Source: Sarea resinae
Taxonomy: Eukaryota
Direction of reading: 5' to 3'
NCBI GenBank assembly: GCA_026026165.1
Contig: JAPEUD010000027.1
Location: 1 to 64,000, forward strand
DNA: 64,000 bases
Below the pieces are notes generated by a model. That model ran no database searches. It was not told the origin of the DNA and saw nothing but the letters and a program-made list of their open reading frames with translations. Below are positions 47,947 through 61,400 of this stretch, in pieces (the first letter of the stretch is position 1; each line of letters begins with the position of its first letter). The position numbers and the translations under genes are program-made.

Positions 47947-48977
47947 GTCTATAGAACGTCGGCCAGTGGACGTAGGGTCCGCTTCTCTTCGATATCAGGC
48001 GATGTGAGATTACCGTCAACGGGCTTAGATTCTGGCAGAATAGTAGAGTTGCAAGTATGATTTTCAAGGTATATCTTGTTCTGAGCGAAACAATCGAGTC
48101 ACTAGGTAGTCTCCAAATTTACGATTATAATACTCGAAGCTCAGCTACTCCGTAGAAGCTGCTTGTTGATTTATAATGTGAGTAGGATACTCTCCACTCT
48201 TATCCCGCGTATACCGGAACGTACTTCTGTAACGCAACCTTGTCGGAATAAGCCGATCCATCATGATCATGTGACTTCCCAAATAGGAAGTCGGTGTAAT
48301 CTAGAGGAATTCAACATCCTTATAGGCTAAATTAAGGGGTAAACTAAGCGAGTTTTCCTACTTAATTATAGCTGAATCACTACCTAAGTTAGGCATTAAT
48401 TGTTCTATATCTAGCTATATAAACACACTTCTTTTACTGCTAATTAGTAGAGTAGATAGTTTAATATATAAGCGAATATTTCAACGAACCTTTGTCACTT
48501 TTAAATGTAGGTAGCTTCTAGAGTGAATCAACTCCTAGGTATGCTAGTAATACTACTTAGTAGACAAGCCTAGAAAGAAAATATTTAGTTAGAGATTTTT
48601 TATCTGTCTCTCCTCACTGTCGGAATACAATATGTAGACGAATTACAAGCAAGTCCCTAAGGGGGTGCTACCCTTTTAGCTTGTTGTCTAACACTCACTC
48701 ACTTCTCAGCCCTTTGGCCTACGAGTGTCTCGCTATTTCGTCGACCTGTTCTGTACTGAGTCAGTCAGAAAAGCATCATCCAGACTTACAGTCTGCGTTG
48801 ACCCTGACCTAGTAGCGAACCATTGAGATTGTTTTCGATCGAATGACCAACATAAAGCCACCATTACTAGGTTTCAGACGTCAAACGTGTCTCAAGAAAA
48901 TCAATAGTCTGGCATCTTCCCCTCACAAGCTTAGAAACCGAGCTAATTTCGAGCTAGACTAAGAGAACCCGATTAAC

Positions 48978-49880
48978 ATGTCCACTTCAAATGACAATGA
49001 TATGGTCACGCTTTATCCATCAGAAGTGTTTCAACAAATCAGTGTCGCTCTAAGCGGATGTGATACAACGCGTATCACATTACCGTGCTGGAGCCGATGC
49101 TACGATGCCATCGACGCGTCCAAAGCCGCCATTCCCAATCCTGGCACGGCAGTGTTCTTCACTCCCCTAAGCTCTCGTAAAGAAAAAGAAAAGAAAAGGC
49201 AGATGGCACAGCAGATGGCAGCTTCCGTCAGCGCCGAGAATATACCTTTTTCTTCGACACGCCGATAGGACATCAGCCAGCTTGACGTGCCAGATCCCGT
49301 GACACCAGAAGTGAAGGCTCGCCTCCGTGAGGTCGCGAAAGACTGGAATTGGACAGACAAAGATCCATACGTTACGACACTGAGATCTACTTCCGAGGAT
49401 GGTCTTTTGCCTCTCCTAAGTGGAATTTTAAGCTTGTCGGGTTGTGATTCCAATCTTGGTGACCCGGTAATGCAACTTAGAAGTCACACTATGATGTTCG
49501 ACACAGGCTCGCATTTTTGCACTATATCAGACGACTTGATTGACGACAAGTTCAAAGCATACCTGAGCAGCCCGCAGCATGGCCCATACCGCAATTCCTC
49601 CCAAACCCTAGTCCAAGTCGATGGCAATAGTCACTTTTCAAATGCAAGGTTTCCATTTTCCTTCATCTTTTCGGTCATTTCATTAAAAAGAGTATCGAAC
49701 AGAAGGCCCGGGATAATACTGGGTCAAGAGACCTTCATAGACTCTCTATTACTTCGAACTATCCCGAGAAGTTTCCTCATTACTCGTGGCAAAGCGATTG
49801 TCGACGACAACACGAGAGTATGGGGGGACTTAGTACTAGAAGAATGGATTAATGTGTTTGGGGATTCCCATCAGCTGTAA
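48978..49880 (+). pseudogene. ORF with a C-terminal retropepsin-like aspartic protease motif, interrupted by one in-frame TAG (49266-49268)
   Basis: ORFs 48978-49268 and 49287-49880 share the same frame; motifs MMFDTGSHFCTIS and IILGQETF. Confidence 0.5.
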
Positions 49881-51462
49881 AGAAGTGGGGCATCATTTAA
49901 GTGGCGGTTCGTTCCTTCATGTGTTTATATGCTGTAAGAGTGGAGGGTGGAAGTGTCGCGAGCGGCTCCCGTGCAGCTTGGCTTTCAAGGATTTTGGGTT
50001 CTGACTGATTCTAAGTATAATATCCGTTCGTATCATCTGTCAAATCATTACTTGGAATGGATCGAGATGAATCATTACATCTCTCACTATCGCATACCAT
50101 TAGGCACAAAGCACACGCGAGAAATGGGACACTGAGACGAACCGGATAATAAGGAGCAGGACCTGGAACCTCAGTGAAGCCACTTCTGAATGGGCATGCT
50201 GTTATGGCAGGACCTAGTAATAGAAATGAAAAAAGATAAGGTTTAAACTCTTTTCTAAACGATTTCAGAGATTATTAAATAGTCTTGAAAAAAGAAGGAA
50301 GGCTTCTTTAATAGGCTAAATGATTAATATAGTAAAGTAGAGGAAGGTGCTAAACAAGGAGTAATAGGGGTTATTGTATTACAAGAACTTGAAGATCCAT
50401 CTACAGAGGCGTAAGGTATTTATTATAGTAGTATAGAGTAACCTACCTAACGTAATACTAACGTAATAGAGAAGCTCAAGCAAGATATTTAGGAAATCAT
50501 TGCTACCAACGTAGCACTACAGTAGCAGGCCATGGTGTTGAGGGCTGAATCCGTCATGATAGTAGGCCCGATCCTAGGCCGTGTGAAGGTAGAGTATGGA
50601 GTGGCGTTCGAGGTGCATGGATTCCTGCAAGGTCAATTGTTAGCGCTGTCTCCAATCCAATGACTTTATGTCCCAGTCTTCGTGGACAGCGGCACACCTG
50701 CCACTACGTAATGCACTAGGTATCTATCCTGCCTAAGGTAAGGTACATACCTACCTACTCAGGTAGTACTACTATGGAGACCTTGGATAAGCTAAGGTAG
50801 GAAAACCCTGGGACTGCCGTATGGCCACTCTACCTATCTTATCTTTACTTCATACATAGTACAGCCCCGGGTTTTCATTCCTTCCTTAGGATCACCATCT
50901 AAACAAGCGGAGATCCCGAGCTTGGCCCTCTAAGCGGCCCCCCCTCCATTTCAGTTATCCTTTGCCATCCGGCACAAGTTGGTTATCTGGTTGTCGTTTA
51001 GCCCGTGCTGCTTCCCGCTCTCTGTACTACGTAATAGGTATGTAATAGGTAGGTAGGTAGGCAGTCATCACTCCCGTTCTATCTGATCTTCTCACTCTCA
51101 GCCACTAGATGCTCCATTGGCGTTGCTTCTTGGTGGTATCTCCCTGGCTGGCAAGGCTGCCTCGAATAGGTACTGTCTAGTACTGTTCCTGCGATTATTT
51201 AGAGAGGCGTACTCCAAAATACTTACGGCAGCCCTCCTTGCCAGCCAGGGAGATCTAAGGGAAGCACAGCCAGACTGCTGATACTGACTACCTAGGTAGT
51301 AAAGTTGGCTATTGCGTAGCCTCTCATTACCTTAATGTTTAACTCTCACCTTTGTCCATCTACAGGAGCAATCTCCGGTACTTTCTACATGGTGGAAGCG
51401 CACAGATAAGTAAGGTATTCACTACTGTTGGCATACATGGCCATTGCGTGTGATCGAGCACA

Positions 51463-54400
51463 ATGTCCGGCACCCCTCAGGTCGCCCAGAGCGTGTCCAA
51501 GTGTAAACTGTCTAAGAATACCTCGGAGACAGCCAGAGAACGAGAAGTTTACAAGTGAGTTGCGCTTCGCAAGACATGAGATCCGTATTGACTCGTCGAC
51601 AAAAGGTACTACCAACCGCTATATGTCGCACCTGATCTCGCAGGAATTCGACGGGCACCTCGATCGTCTTGGGATGCCTCCCTCACCGCCTTTGCTCAGC
51701 TCGGAGCCTTACGATTAAACGCAAAACGATGTCTGATCAGTCTTGTCACTCGCGATACTAGCTACGTTATTGCGGAGGCTACTCGAACCATTTCCCTGCA
51801 AGCAGACGGTGTTCATGATGAGGGTGATCATCTGTGGTTTGGAGTTGCTACTGTCTCAAAAACTCATGGGTTGTGTTCTCATACCGTTGATCTTTTCGTT
51901 GGAAACGATGATTGCGAAGCAGAATATGGCGCCATAGGGGATGATGGAAAGGTAAACCACGTTGCGGTCAATGATCTCTTGGAGGATAGATGTAATCGTC
52001 GACGGGAGATGGCCAAGCGGACTCCAGGTTTGCGGTTCTACGCCAGTGTGCCAATCACCACGAAGGCGGGATACATCATCGGAGCATACAGCCTAGTCGA
52101 CGATAGCCCCAGGGATGGTATAACGTCAATCGAGCTGGCTTTTCTCAAGGATATGGCCAATACTATTATGGACCACCTCGCCGTGACGAGAGCCAAGAGC
52201 CAGCATTACCGAGCCGAGAAGATGGTTAAAGCAATGGGATTGTTTGTTGAAGAAGGATCAAGCTTACGAGAATGGTGGCTTCGCACGGGACATGAGGCTT
52301 CAACACGCAAAGCCGAGAATGGTTCTTATAACGAACCGTCTCTCGACGAGCAAGCGGACTTTGAATTCGGAGTACAAGACGCGCCGGAGGGCTTCGGCAC
52401 AAGCACTATAGCGAACCTAGGCACACAGGAATATACTGCTAGTGCAAGCTCTCGAAGACCATTCCAATCAGAAAGCGGCAGCGCACTTACATCGATGGAA
52501 TCCGACATCACTGAGAGAATCTTGTCTACTGAGCCGCACCAAACATCTCAGGCGACATCAATCACAACGGGGATCGCAAGAAGTGTATACACGCCATACT
52601 CTCAAATGCAACCGGCAACTGAATCAGCCACGAAGAGTGGTGCAAATGCTGTGAATACCATGACGAATGCTACTGATATACCTGGATCCCAGTTGCAAGA
52701 AGCAATCCTCTCCCCTGATTTGAAGCACACGTTTGCTAGAGCAAGCAACTTGATTCGGGAGGCACTTGCGATTAGTGGGGCTTTGTTCCTTGATGCAAGT
52801 GTTGGCTCTTTTGCCGGAAGGTCTGGAAAAGCAACGATGAATGACACAGCTCCGTCGGCGTTTGCCCATGGTTCGGCCCCTTGTACAACACCCAGCAGTG
52901 ACGAGGAAAGGGGAATCAAAGGTTCACTGGTGGATCTCGATGGAAGAGCAAGTTCTTCAGGAACTGCTCCCCTCAATTCAAAGACCTGTGGTATTCTGGG
53001 ATATTCAACCAACACGCGGTCTAGTCTCAACATGCACAAAGCTTCCGAGCTACATTCGACTGTGTCAGAGTCTTTCCTGCGGAAATTGCTGAAACGGTAT
53101 CCCCATGGAAAGATATTCAATTTGGACGCAGACGGCACTGTATCCTCTTCGGATGACGAAGGCGCAAAATTCTTGCACATTCCTGTAGCCGAGAAGGTTG
53201 GGGTCACTCCAACTCGAAAGACAAAAAGAAAAGCGTTGTCGAAAGAAGCAGAATTCAAAACCATATTGGAGATCCTGCCCGGCGCTAGAAGTATAGCATT
53301 CTTCCCACTGTGGGACTCGCACAAGGAGAGATGGTTCGCAGGCGGCTTTTTATGGACCACTCAACCTGCTCGTGTCTTTGCGCCCGAGGATGAATTGACT
53401 TTCTTCGCGGCTTTCAGTAACAGTATCATGGCTGAGGTTGCCCGTTTGGACGCATTAGTAGCTGGGCAGATGAAAGTCAATTTCATTTCTTCGATCAGTC
53501 ACGAGTTGAGGTCTCCGCTTCATGGTATTTTGGCTAGTGTGGAATTACTACAGGATAGTGAGATGGATACCACACAAGCCGACTTGGCTAAAACAATCGA
53601 CGCTTGTGGAAAAATTTTGTTAGATACTATCAATCATGTCCTGGATTTCACCAAGGTGAACAGCAAAGCGAGACAAAAGGCACGAAAATCGAGAAAGAAG
53701 CCAAAAGTTCCAAGAGAGCATCTGGATAAAAAGACGACTTTGGATTCGGAAAACATATCAACGATAGCACCGGATATAAGCGTTCTTACAGAAGAGGTAG
53801 TAAGTGGCGTTTATGCTGGGCACCATCATCGCAAATGCTCTACACTCGACATGAAATCGCAACACAGTCAAACGAACTCCGATGGGCTCAACGATTGTGG
53901 AACCGATAGGTACCGAAACAAATCAGACAAAATGGCAGTCATCATTATCTTGAATATCTCTCTTCGAGAGAATTTCAGATTCGCTATTGAGGCGGGTGCT
54001 TGGCGAAGAATTATCATGAATCTTTTCGGCAACGCTCTCAAATATACCGCTGATGGATTCATTCATGTCTCGTTGCATACCAAGGACGAAGTGTCCAAAG
54101 ACGGATATTCTCGTTCCTTTGTCACACTCTCTGTCAGCGATTCCGGGCAAGGACTATCCCGAGAATTCCTCCAAAACCGCCTCTACACCCCCTTTGCCCA
54201 GGAGGACTCTCTCTCGGTCGGCACGGGTCTAGGACTCAGTATTGTGCGCCAGATCGTAGCCGACCTTGAAGGCAGCATAGAGTTTAACAGTGAGAAAGGT
54301 AATGGTACCGAGGCGGTCATAACCTTGCCCATGCTCACACCATCCCGCACATTTGGAAGTGATGCGCCTCTCGGGCGCGATATTGAGTCTGCTCGTAATA

Positions 54401-55571
54401 GAACTAGGGGTCTGCGCGCATGCTTTGTTTCGTTCGACGTCACTCCCGATATGGACGATACATCCGGCATTCTATCCACCGAAGCAGAACGCATGTTTGC
54501 TCTGAAAACAGCTCTCTCGTCCATTCTGGAAGACTGGTTTCAGATGTTGATTATCTCCAGCACGACTATGAGCACTTCACTCGCAGACATATATTTGATC
54601 ATGGGATCGGACTTCAATGACTTGAAAGCGAGCGGATATTTCGATCATACTGATCAAGACTTGGAGAAATCGCTAGGTCGTTCGCACCTACCCATATTGC
54701 TGGTCTTGAGCTCCATGGACTCGAATATGGAGGAGAACACTGCAGGAGGCTACAACGTCATCAACTTGCAATTGCCTCTCGGACCACACAAGTTGGCCAA
54801 TGTTTTCTCTCGCTGTTTGAGTAAACGAAACAGTTCTTGGGAAGCCTCACTGCCAAGCAGCAGTCTCTCAAGCCCTTTGAAGACTGTTTCGAACATCTCG
54901 TCAAGTATATCCAAATCGGAAACATCAACTACGAGGATACCAAGGTTGACTGTTCAGCAAACACACTGCTCTCCCCTGCGTCGGGAATCGACTGCGAGCA
55001 CTTCCCGCCGAGAATACAAAGCCCCGTCCACAGACATTGATAAGCAGTCTTACGATCCAGACTTCTCCCTCCCAAATGTTCTCCTCGTCGAAGATAATGA
55101 AATAAATCTTAAGGTATTACTCGTCCAGTCGAAGTCTTCCGCTTTGTTGAAAAACAACTTCCACCCAGAAAAAAGTTGACAACTTTCCAGCTTTTAGTAA
55201 CCTACATGCGCCGTCTCCATGTCCCACACGCAATCGCAGTCAACGGTCTCGAAGCCCTACAATCTTACCAATCAACCACGCGATCGTTCGATATTGTCCT
55301 AATGGATATCTCGATGCCTATCATGGACGGTCTCACGTCGAGCAGAGAGATCCGGAGTTTTGAAAGGGTCAATGATATCCCGCCAGCTACACTTATCGCA
55401 TTGACTGGGGCTGCAAGCCCAGCCGCCAGGCAGGAGGCTTTTGCAAGCGGTGTTGATCGATATTTCACGAAGCCAGTGCCTTTGCGGGCGTTGAAGACTA
55501 TTTTAGATGAATTCCAGATAAGGAAACAGGAGAAGAGAGGAGTAGAAAGGAGTGGGAAATTTAAGAGGTGA
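51463..55571 (+). CDS. Hybrid sensor histidine kinase (GAF-HisKA-HATPase-REC); exons 51463-51554, 51606-55113, 55191-55571
   Basis: GAF-like region (LTAFAQLGALRL..RFYASVPI..IGAYSLVDDSPR), H-box SHELRSPLHG, N-box NLFGNALKYT, DSGQG, GTGLGLSIV, receiver LLVEDNEIN/DISMPIMDG/KP. Confidence 0.93.
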
Positions 55572-56157
55572 GATAATTGGCTGATAAATATAATAAATAG
55601 GAAAAGCATTTCTTCTGTAGCACTGCATAGGATCGACATATATAATAGCATTGTGCTTTGTTCTAGGAGGCGTTTATTAGTCTTTATATTATACTAAAGG
55701 CTTAGAACAATAATTCTAACACTACTAATACTAGTTTAATTACAATTAACCTCTTATTTCTAAGAGTAGATTTTCACTTCTAAAATTAATGCTAATAGCT
55801 TATAAAGTTACCTATAATATATTATAGTAGCCTAAATTAAGCTTATAAATAGGTGATTTTAAAAGCTAAGTCTATTAGATAAGTATAGTTAGTTTTATAA
55901 CTACTATTTAGAACTTATATATAGTTCTAGTATATCTAGCCTTATAAAATAAGTTACTTAAGTAGACTATAACTATTATAAAATTAAATAGCTATTATAT
56001 TAATATTAATTAAATTTGATATAAAGAATATAAATTAAAATAAGTATTTAAAACTTAGGCTATTATACTTAAATATTATTAGAATTATAACCTTAATTCT
56101 AGATACTATAGAGTGATTAGAATTAAAGTTATAATTCTAATAACTCTTATCTCTTTA

Positions 56158-56466
56158 TATAAAGGCTACTACTAATAGAGATGCTATATATAGCTTAGTA
56201 TAGTGTAGAGTAACTACCTAGTGTAGTTTAGCAATGTTTAGGTAAGCTAAGTAGAGTTATTAGTTATATAGATTAATAGAGGCGCTAGCTATTAAAGCTA
56301 GCGTTTAGTGCAATTATAAAGTTAGTGCTTACTAGTAATATCTATATCTATAGTATTAGTTCTGCATTGCTAAGATAACACTAGCACGCTATAGTGCACT
56401 AGCCTATTTAATTGTGCTATTCTTACCTACTCTACTATAGCTAGAAGTCTAAGAGGTAGTCTAATA
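56158..56466 (+). mobile_element. Lone LTR of the same chromovirus family
   Basis: Aligns over 309 bp with the other three LTRs and is more heavily RIPed; no internal domain follows. Confidence 0.9.
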
Positions 56467-56472
56467 ATTCTA

Positions 56473-58498
56473 GTAAGTCTATAACTAAATCTAAGTAGAT
56501 TGTATAAAACAGAATTTCTAGTGAATTAATTAAGTAAAGTTCTATAAATAGCTAGTATTATATTAGTTGATTTACTATATAATTAAGATATAACACAATA
56601 TAATTATTTATAGATTAACCTATAGATTTCTACTAATATTACACTTTAATTTTTATATATATTCTTAGTAGACTATAGTGTGACTAGCAATTATATACTA
56701 GTTATAAGAGTTCTTAATATATTAACTATAGTATTACTAGATATAGCTGCCTATTAGATAAATTAATAAAATATAGTAAGTCTATAGTAATAGCAAACTA
56801 ACTTAATTAACTATACTATTAGCTATTTTTATTAATCTAGCTATACTAGAGTAGATAATCTTATATTTTCCTAATGTAGTTATTACTTTTAATACCTTAA
56901 TAGAGTTTAGTTTTATACTTATTAGTAGTATCTAGTAGTGTTATAAGGAATATAAAATTATCTAGTGTAGTAGAGTTTAATTATTCTTTAAGATATATTA
57001 TAAGTGTATTAGCATTATAATAGTAATAAGACAATATATTAGGTATAATTATATCTTAGCTCTCTTTATACATTACTAATAGGTAATCCTAGTATTAACT
57101 AAGGAATATAGTAGCATTAGTAAAGCAAGCGTTTATTTTAGCTAGATTAGTAGTGTGTATTAATTGTATCTTAGTAATTACCTTGTTTATATAATAGTCT
57201 ATAATAATAATTATATAGAGAGCTTACTTAATAAATAGTATTGTTTTATAGATAGCCTATACTAATGCAGTTATTTTAAGGTTAGTTAGCTAATAATAAG
57301 ATTCTAAGTCTTATAATTCTTTACTAAAGAATAGAATTAGTTAAAGTAGTATTAGTTTTAGTATCTCTATATAGTTTGTTCTACTATTATTGTTAGCTAT
57401 ATTAATAACTCACTATATAGTAACACTAAAGCCTTATTTATAAGATATATTAATAAAAACAAATAACTATTTTATAGAGTTAAAATAGATAAGTATAAGT
57501 CTAGAAATAAAAGCCTTATATAGGTCTTTAAAGGACACTTATTCTATCTTTATAAAGTAAAAGCAAGTGTGTAATGCTATTAATTTGCAAGCGCTGCCTT
57601 TTATCTAGAGTAGCAATTTTAGTAATTGTTTCTTTAGCTAGGCTAATAATTTACTTCTTTAGATATAGAATAGAATTAAGTAGTAATACTATCCTATTAC
57701 TCTAGTAAATTATTCTAAAGATTTAAGCGAAAATAGTGCAGGTAATCTAGTAATAGCCTTAACTTAAGTAGATATAGTAGTTAATCCTAATTAATTAACT
57801 ACTATACTAAAGAGTTCTACTAATTAAAAACTAAGGTATAACTTATAGGCTTTTAGTGTTATACTATAGTCTAATAGCAATTGTATAACTTTATCTAAAT
57901 ATTATATATAGTCTAAGAATGTATTTAAAAAAACAATAATATTATTAATATATAAAGCAATAAAATACTAGTTTATTCTCTTAAAGATATAATCTATAAG
58001 TTGCTATTAATAGGCTACACTGTTTTTATTCTCTATAACTATTACTATAAATTACTTAAGCCTATAGTAGGTAGTAATTATAGTATAATAGTAATTATCT
58101 AGGTAGATAAAGCGCTAGTAGTACACTAATATAGTATTAAAGCAAGTAACATAGGATTTTCCTACTACTACTATAGTAATACATTCTAGTTATAGAAGCA
58201 GATATATATCTCTTAACTAGATTTTATTAAGAGGCCTTATATCTATTACTATATAATCTTTATATAGGCTAAAAACAATAAAGACTTAAGTAGTATAAAG
58301 TAAACACAGGCTTAGGTATAAGTAACTAGTAGAAATAAGCAGATTAAATATTATATCTATAATATTGTATGTATAAGAAGCTAGGTTAATAGGTAGTCTA
58401 GACTTTACTTTTATCTTAAAGGCTAAGTCTACTAAGATTTATATCTATTTAGATTTAGGTTTATAAATTAATCCTAACTAATTATTAAATAGTTTGCT
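56473..58498 (-). mobile_element. Older Ty3/Gypsy pol relic of a different family (RT and RNase H)
   Basis: Minus-strand relic reads ALYINNIIVF (YIDD after de-RIP, 57941-57952), an RT thumb segment VKAI..LP..SLKSLE.F, and RNase H segments FI(D)(A)S..GF(G) and (P)ILFFSKEL..ES.Y(W)(P)T.LE. Confidence 0.8.
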
Positions 58499-61400
58499 TA
58501 TAAGGGCTACTACTAATAAGGGTGCTGTATGCGGCTCAGCGCAGCGCAGGGTAACTACCTAGTGTAGTTCAGCAACGTTTAGGTAAGCTAAGTAGGGTTA
58601 TTAGTTATATAGATCAATAGGGGCGCTAGCTATTAGGGCTAGCGTTCAGTGCAATTACAAAGTCAGTGCCTACTAGCAATATCTATATCTATAGTATTAG
58701 TTCTGCATCGCTAGAGTGACGCCAGCACGCTGCAGTGCACTAGCCTATTTAATCATGCTATTCCTACCTACTCTACTATAGCTAGAAGTCTAGGAGGCGG
58801 TCTAACAATTCTAAACGCTCTACTAACACAGTAGTAGACTAGGCGAGATAGCGACAATAAATACGCGTAATACTATAAGGGCTCCTAATACTCTGCTAGG
58901 TGAGAGAGCTAATAGAGATAATAGCAAGACAGTAGCGAGCTAGGTAGAAGGCGAGGTTAAGGAGCCTGTCTCTAACTAGATCACTAATCAATTGCTAGAC
59001 TAAATACAGCAAGAGCGTGACGCTAAAGAGCGGCAGGCTTGATATCGTTGACTCTAGAGAGAGATAGCCTAGTTCTATGCAGAACAGCAACTACAAGCAC
59101 TTGCACAAGCATTGCAGCTAGAACAAGGCCTTGCAGCCGCTACGCTAGCACCCTACATCACTAACTAGACTAAAATCTAAGCTCTAGAGCTATTTACAGG
59201 CAAGACAATTAAGGAGCATAATGAATTCGTCTGATCCTACAAGATAGCGTTCTAACTAGGTGCTATTGCAGACAAAAGTGATAATGTAGCAAAGGTGCTA
59301 TATGCTATGCAGTACCTAAAAGACAAACTAGTGCTAGCGTAGCACTAGGTTAAAGAATCTACTAGAAAAGACACCTATACCTAGGATGAATTTGTCTTAT
59401 TCCTGCTAGACTAAGTAGAAGATCTAGTAAATTAAGGTGGTTTAATGTCACAGCTATACTATAACGCTACGCAGGCGCTGCACTAGAGTATTAATAGCTT
59501 TACAGCTTTCCTAGAACGGATTAAACTAGAAGTGCTAGGAGGATAAGACATCCCTAAAGAGCAGCAATACAACTTGTTCTATACTAAGATCTAAAGTGAA
59601 ATTTACTAGGAACTGCTCTAAACCCTGCTGATACTACAAAAGTAGAGCGCTGCTATAGCGTTAGCAAATCAGGTAGAGGAACTCCTTTGTATAAGCAATA
59701 AAGGGAATAAGAATAAGAACTCTAATCTATCTAAGCTAGACAATAAGCGACGGCATAGCGATAGCGTAGAGAAGGGAAAGAGTTAGAACAAACAAGGAAC
59801 TAAACAAAAGTTTGATCCTACTAAACGCAAGGGCAAAAGCCTACCTCTGTAAGAACAAAAAACTTCTGCTTAGCCTAAGGATAATAAAGGCGATAAGTCT
59901 ATATAGTGGCCTTAACAGCTCTCTAACAAGGAGTATCGCTGCAGGTAAGAAGGCAACCTTTGCCTAAACTGTAGCTAAGAGAGCTACTTTGCTTCTACTT
60001 GCAAGAACAAACGCAACAACAGGCCTACACTAGCTTTATAACTAGAGCTAGAACCCTACACTATTTGCTATCTTAGTGTAGGAGAACCTTAAGGAGCTCT
60101 AACCCTGAAATTAGAGACGTTGCTAACTATTCGCACCCCTAGTAGTACAGCAGATAGCACTGCCTTAATTGACTTAGGAGCAGAAGCTTCTCTAGTTTCG
60201 CAATCATAGATTAAGGAGCATAGGATCTCTAAGGCTAAGCTTAGGCAGCTACCTAGCGCAGTAACAGTGAACGGCTTACAAGTAGCGATCTACAGCTAAC
60301 ACTAATTAGAAATACAAGTCGCTAATAGTAATAGCGTGAGAAAGACAGCGCAGTGCTAGTTCCTTGCCTGCGACTTTAATAGTTCTCTATTCTTGCTTAG
60401 GTATCTATAGCTGTCCTTATACCGCTACAATATGCGTTAGTTAGAAGGTAAATTCAGCTACGTTAAGCCTGCAGATAAGCCTAGGCTTAGCAAGGAATAT
60501 CAGAAGAAACGTTAGCTAAACTGCTAAGGGATTATAGTAGTGCCTAAACCTGTAGAGGCAGTAAAGCTTTGCTAGGTCAGCGCTAGTGACAAGATACCTA
60601 AACAGTATAAGGAATTTGCTTCTGTCTTTAGCGAAGAGGAAGCTAGCTAGCTTCCTAAGCATAGCCTAGCCGACTATGCTATTAAGTTAGAGAGTAAAGA
60701 CCCTCTCTATAGTCCTATATATCTATTATCCTAGAAAGAATTAGGTATCCTACAGACCTACCTAGACAACAGCTTAGTAAAAGAGTAGATCACTCTCTCT
60801 ATAAGCCCTATTAGTGCGCTAATCTTGTTTGTGCCTAAGAAGGATAGTAGCTTGCGACTTTGCGTCGACTACTAGGCGTTAAACAAGGTCACTATTAAGA
60901 ATCAATACCTATTACCCCTTATTTCTGAGCTTATAGACTGAATAAGCAGTGCTAAAGTTTTTTCAAAACTAGACCTAAGGGATGCCTACCACTGCATAAG
61001 GATCTGCAAAGGCGACAAGTATAAGACAGCGTTCTGCACTTGTTACAGCTAGTTCGAATATAAGGTTATGCTCTTTAGATTAGCTAATGCACCTGCTACA
61101 TTTCAGAGCTATATTAATTATATATTACAAGGCCTAGTTGATGTCTGCTGCGTTGTCTATCTAGACAACATTCTTATATACTCTAATTCACCTAATAAGT
61201 ATAAGAAGCATATACGCTAGGTCCTTAAACAGCTATCAACCTATAGCCTATACACAAAGCCCTTAAAATATGTCTTTAGAGTGTAGGAAGTTGATTTCTT
61301 AGGATTTGTTATTAGGACTAATAGTATCGCAATAGAGAAGAGCTAGGTAGACACTATAAAAGAGTGGCTAGCCCCTAAGACCTATTATAACCTCTAAGTC

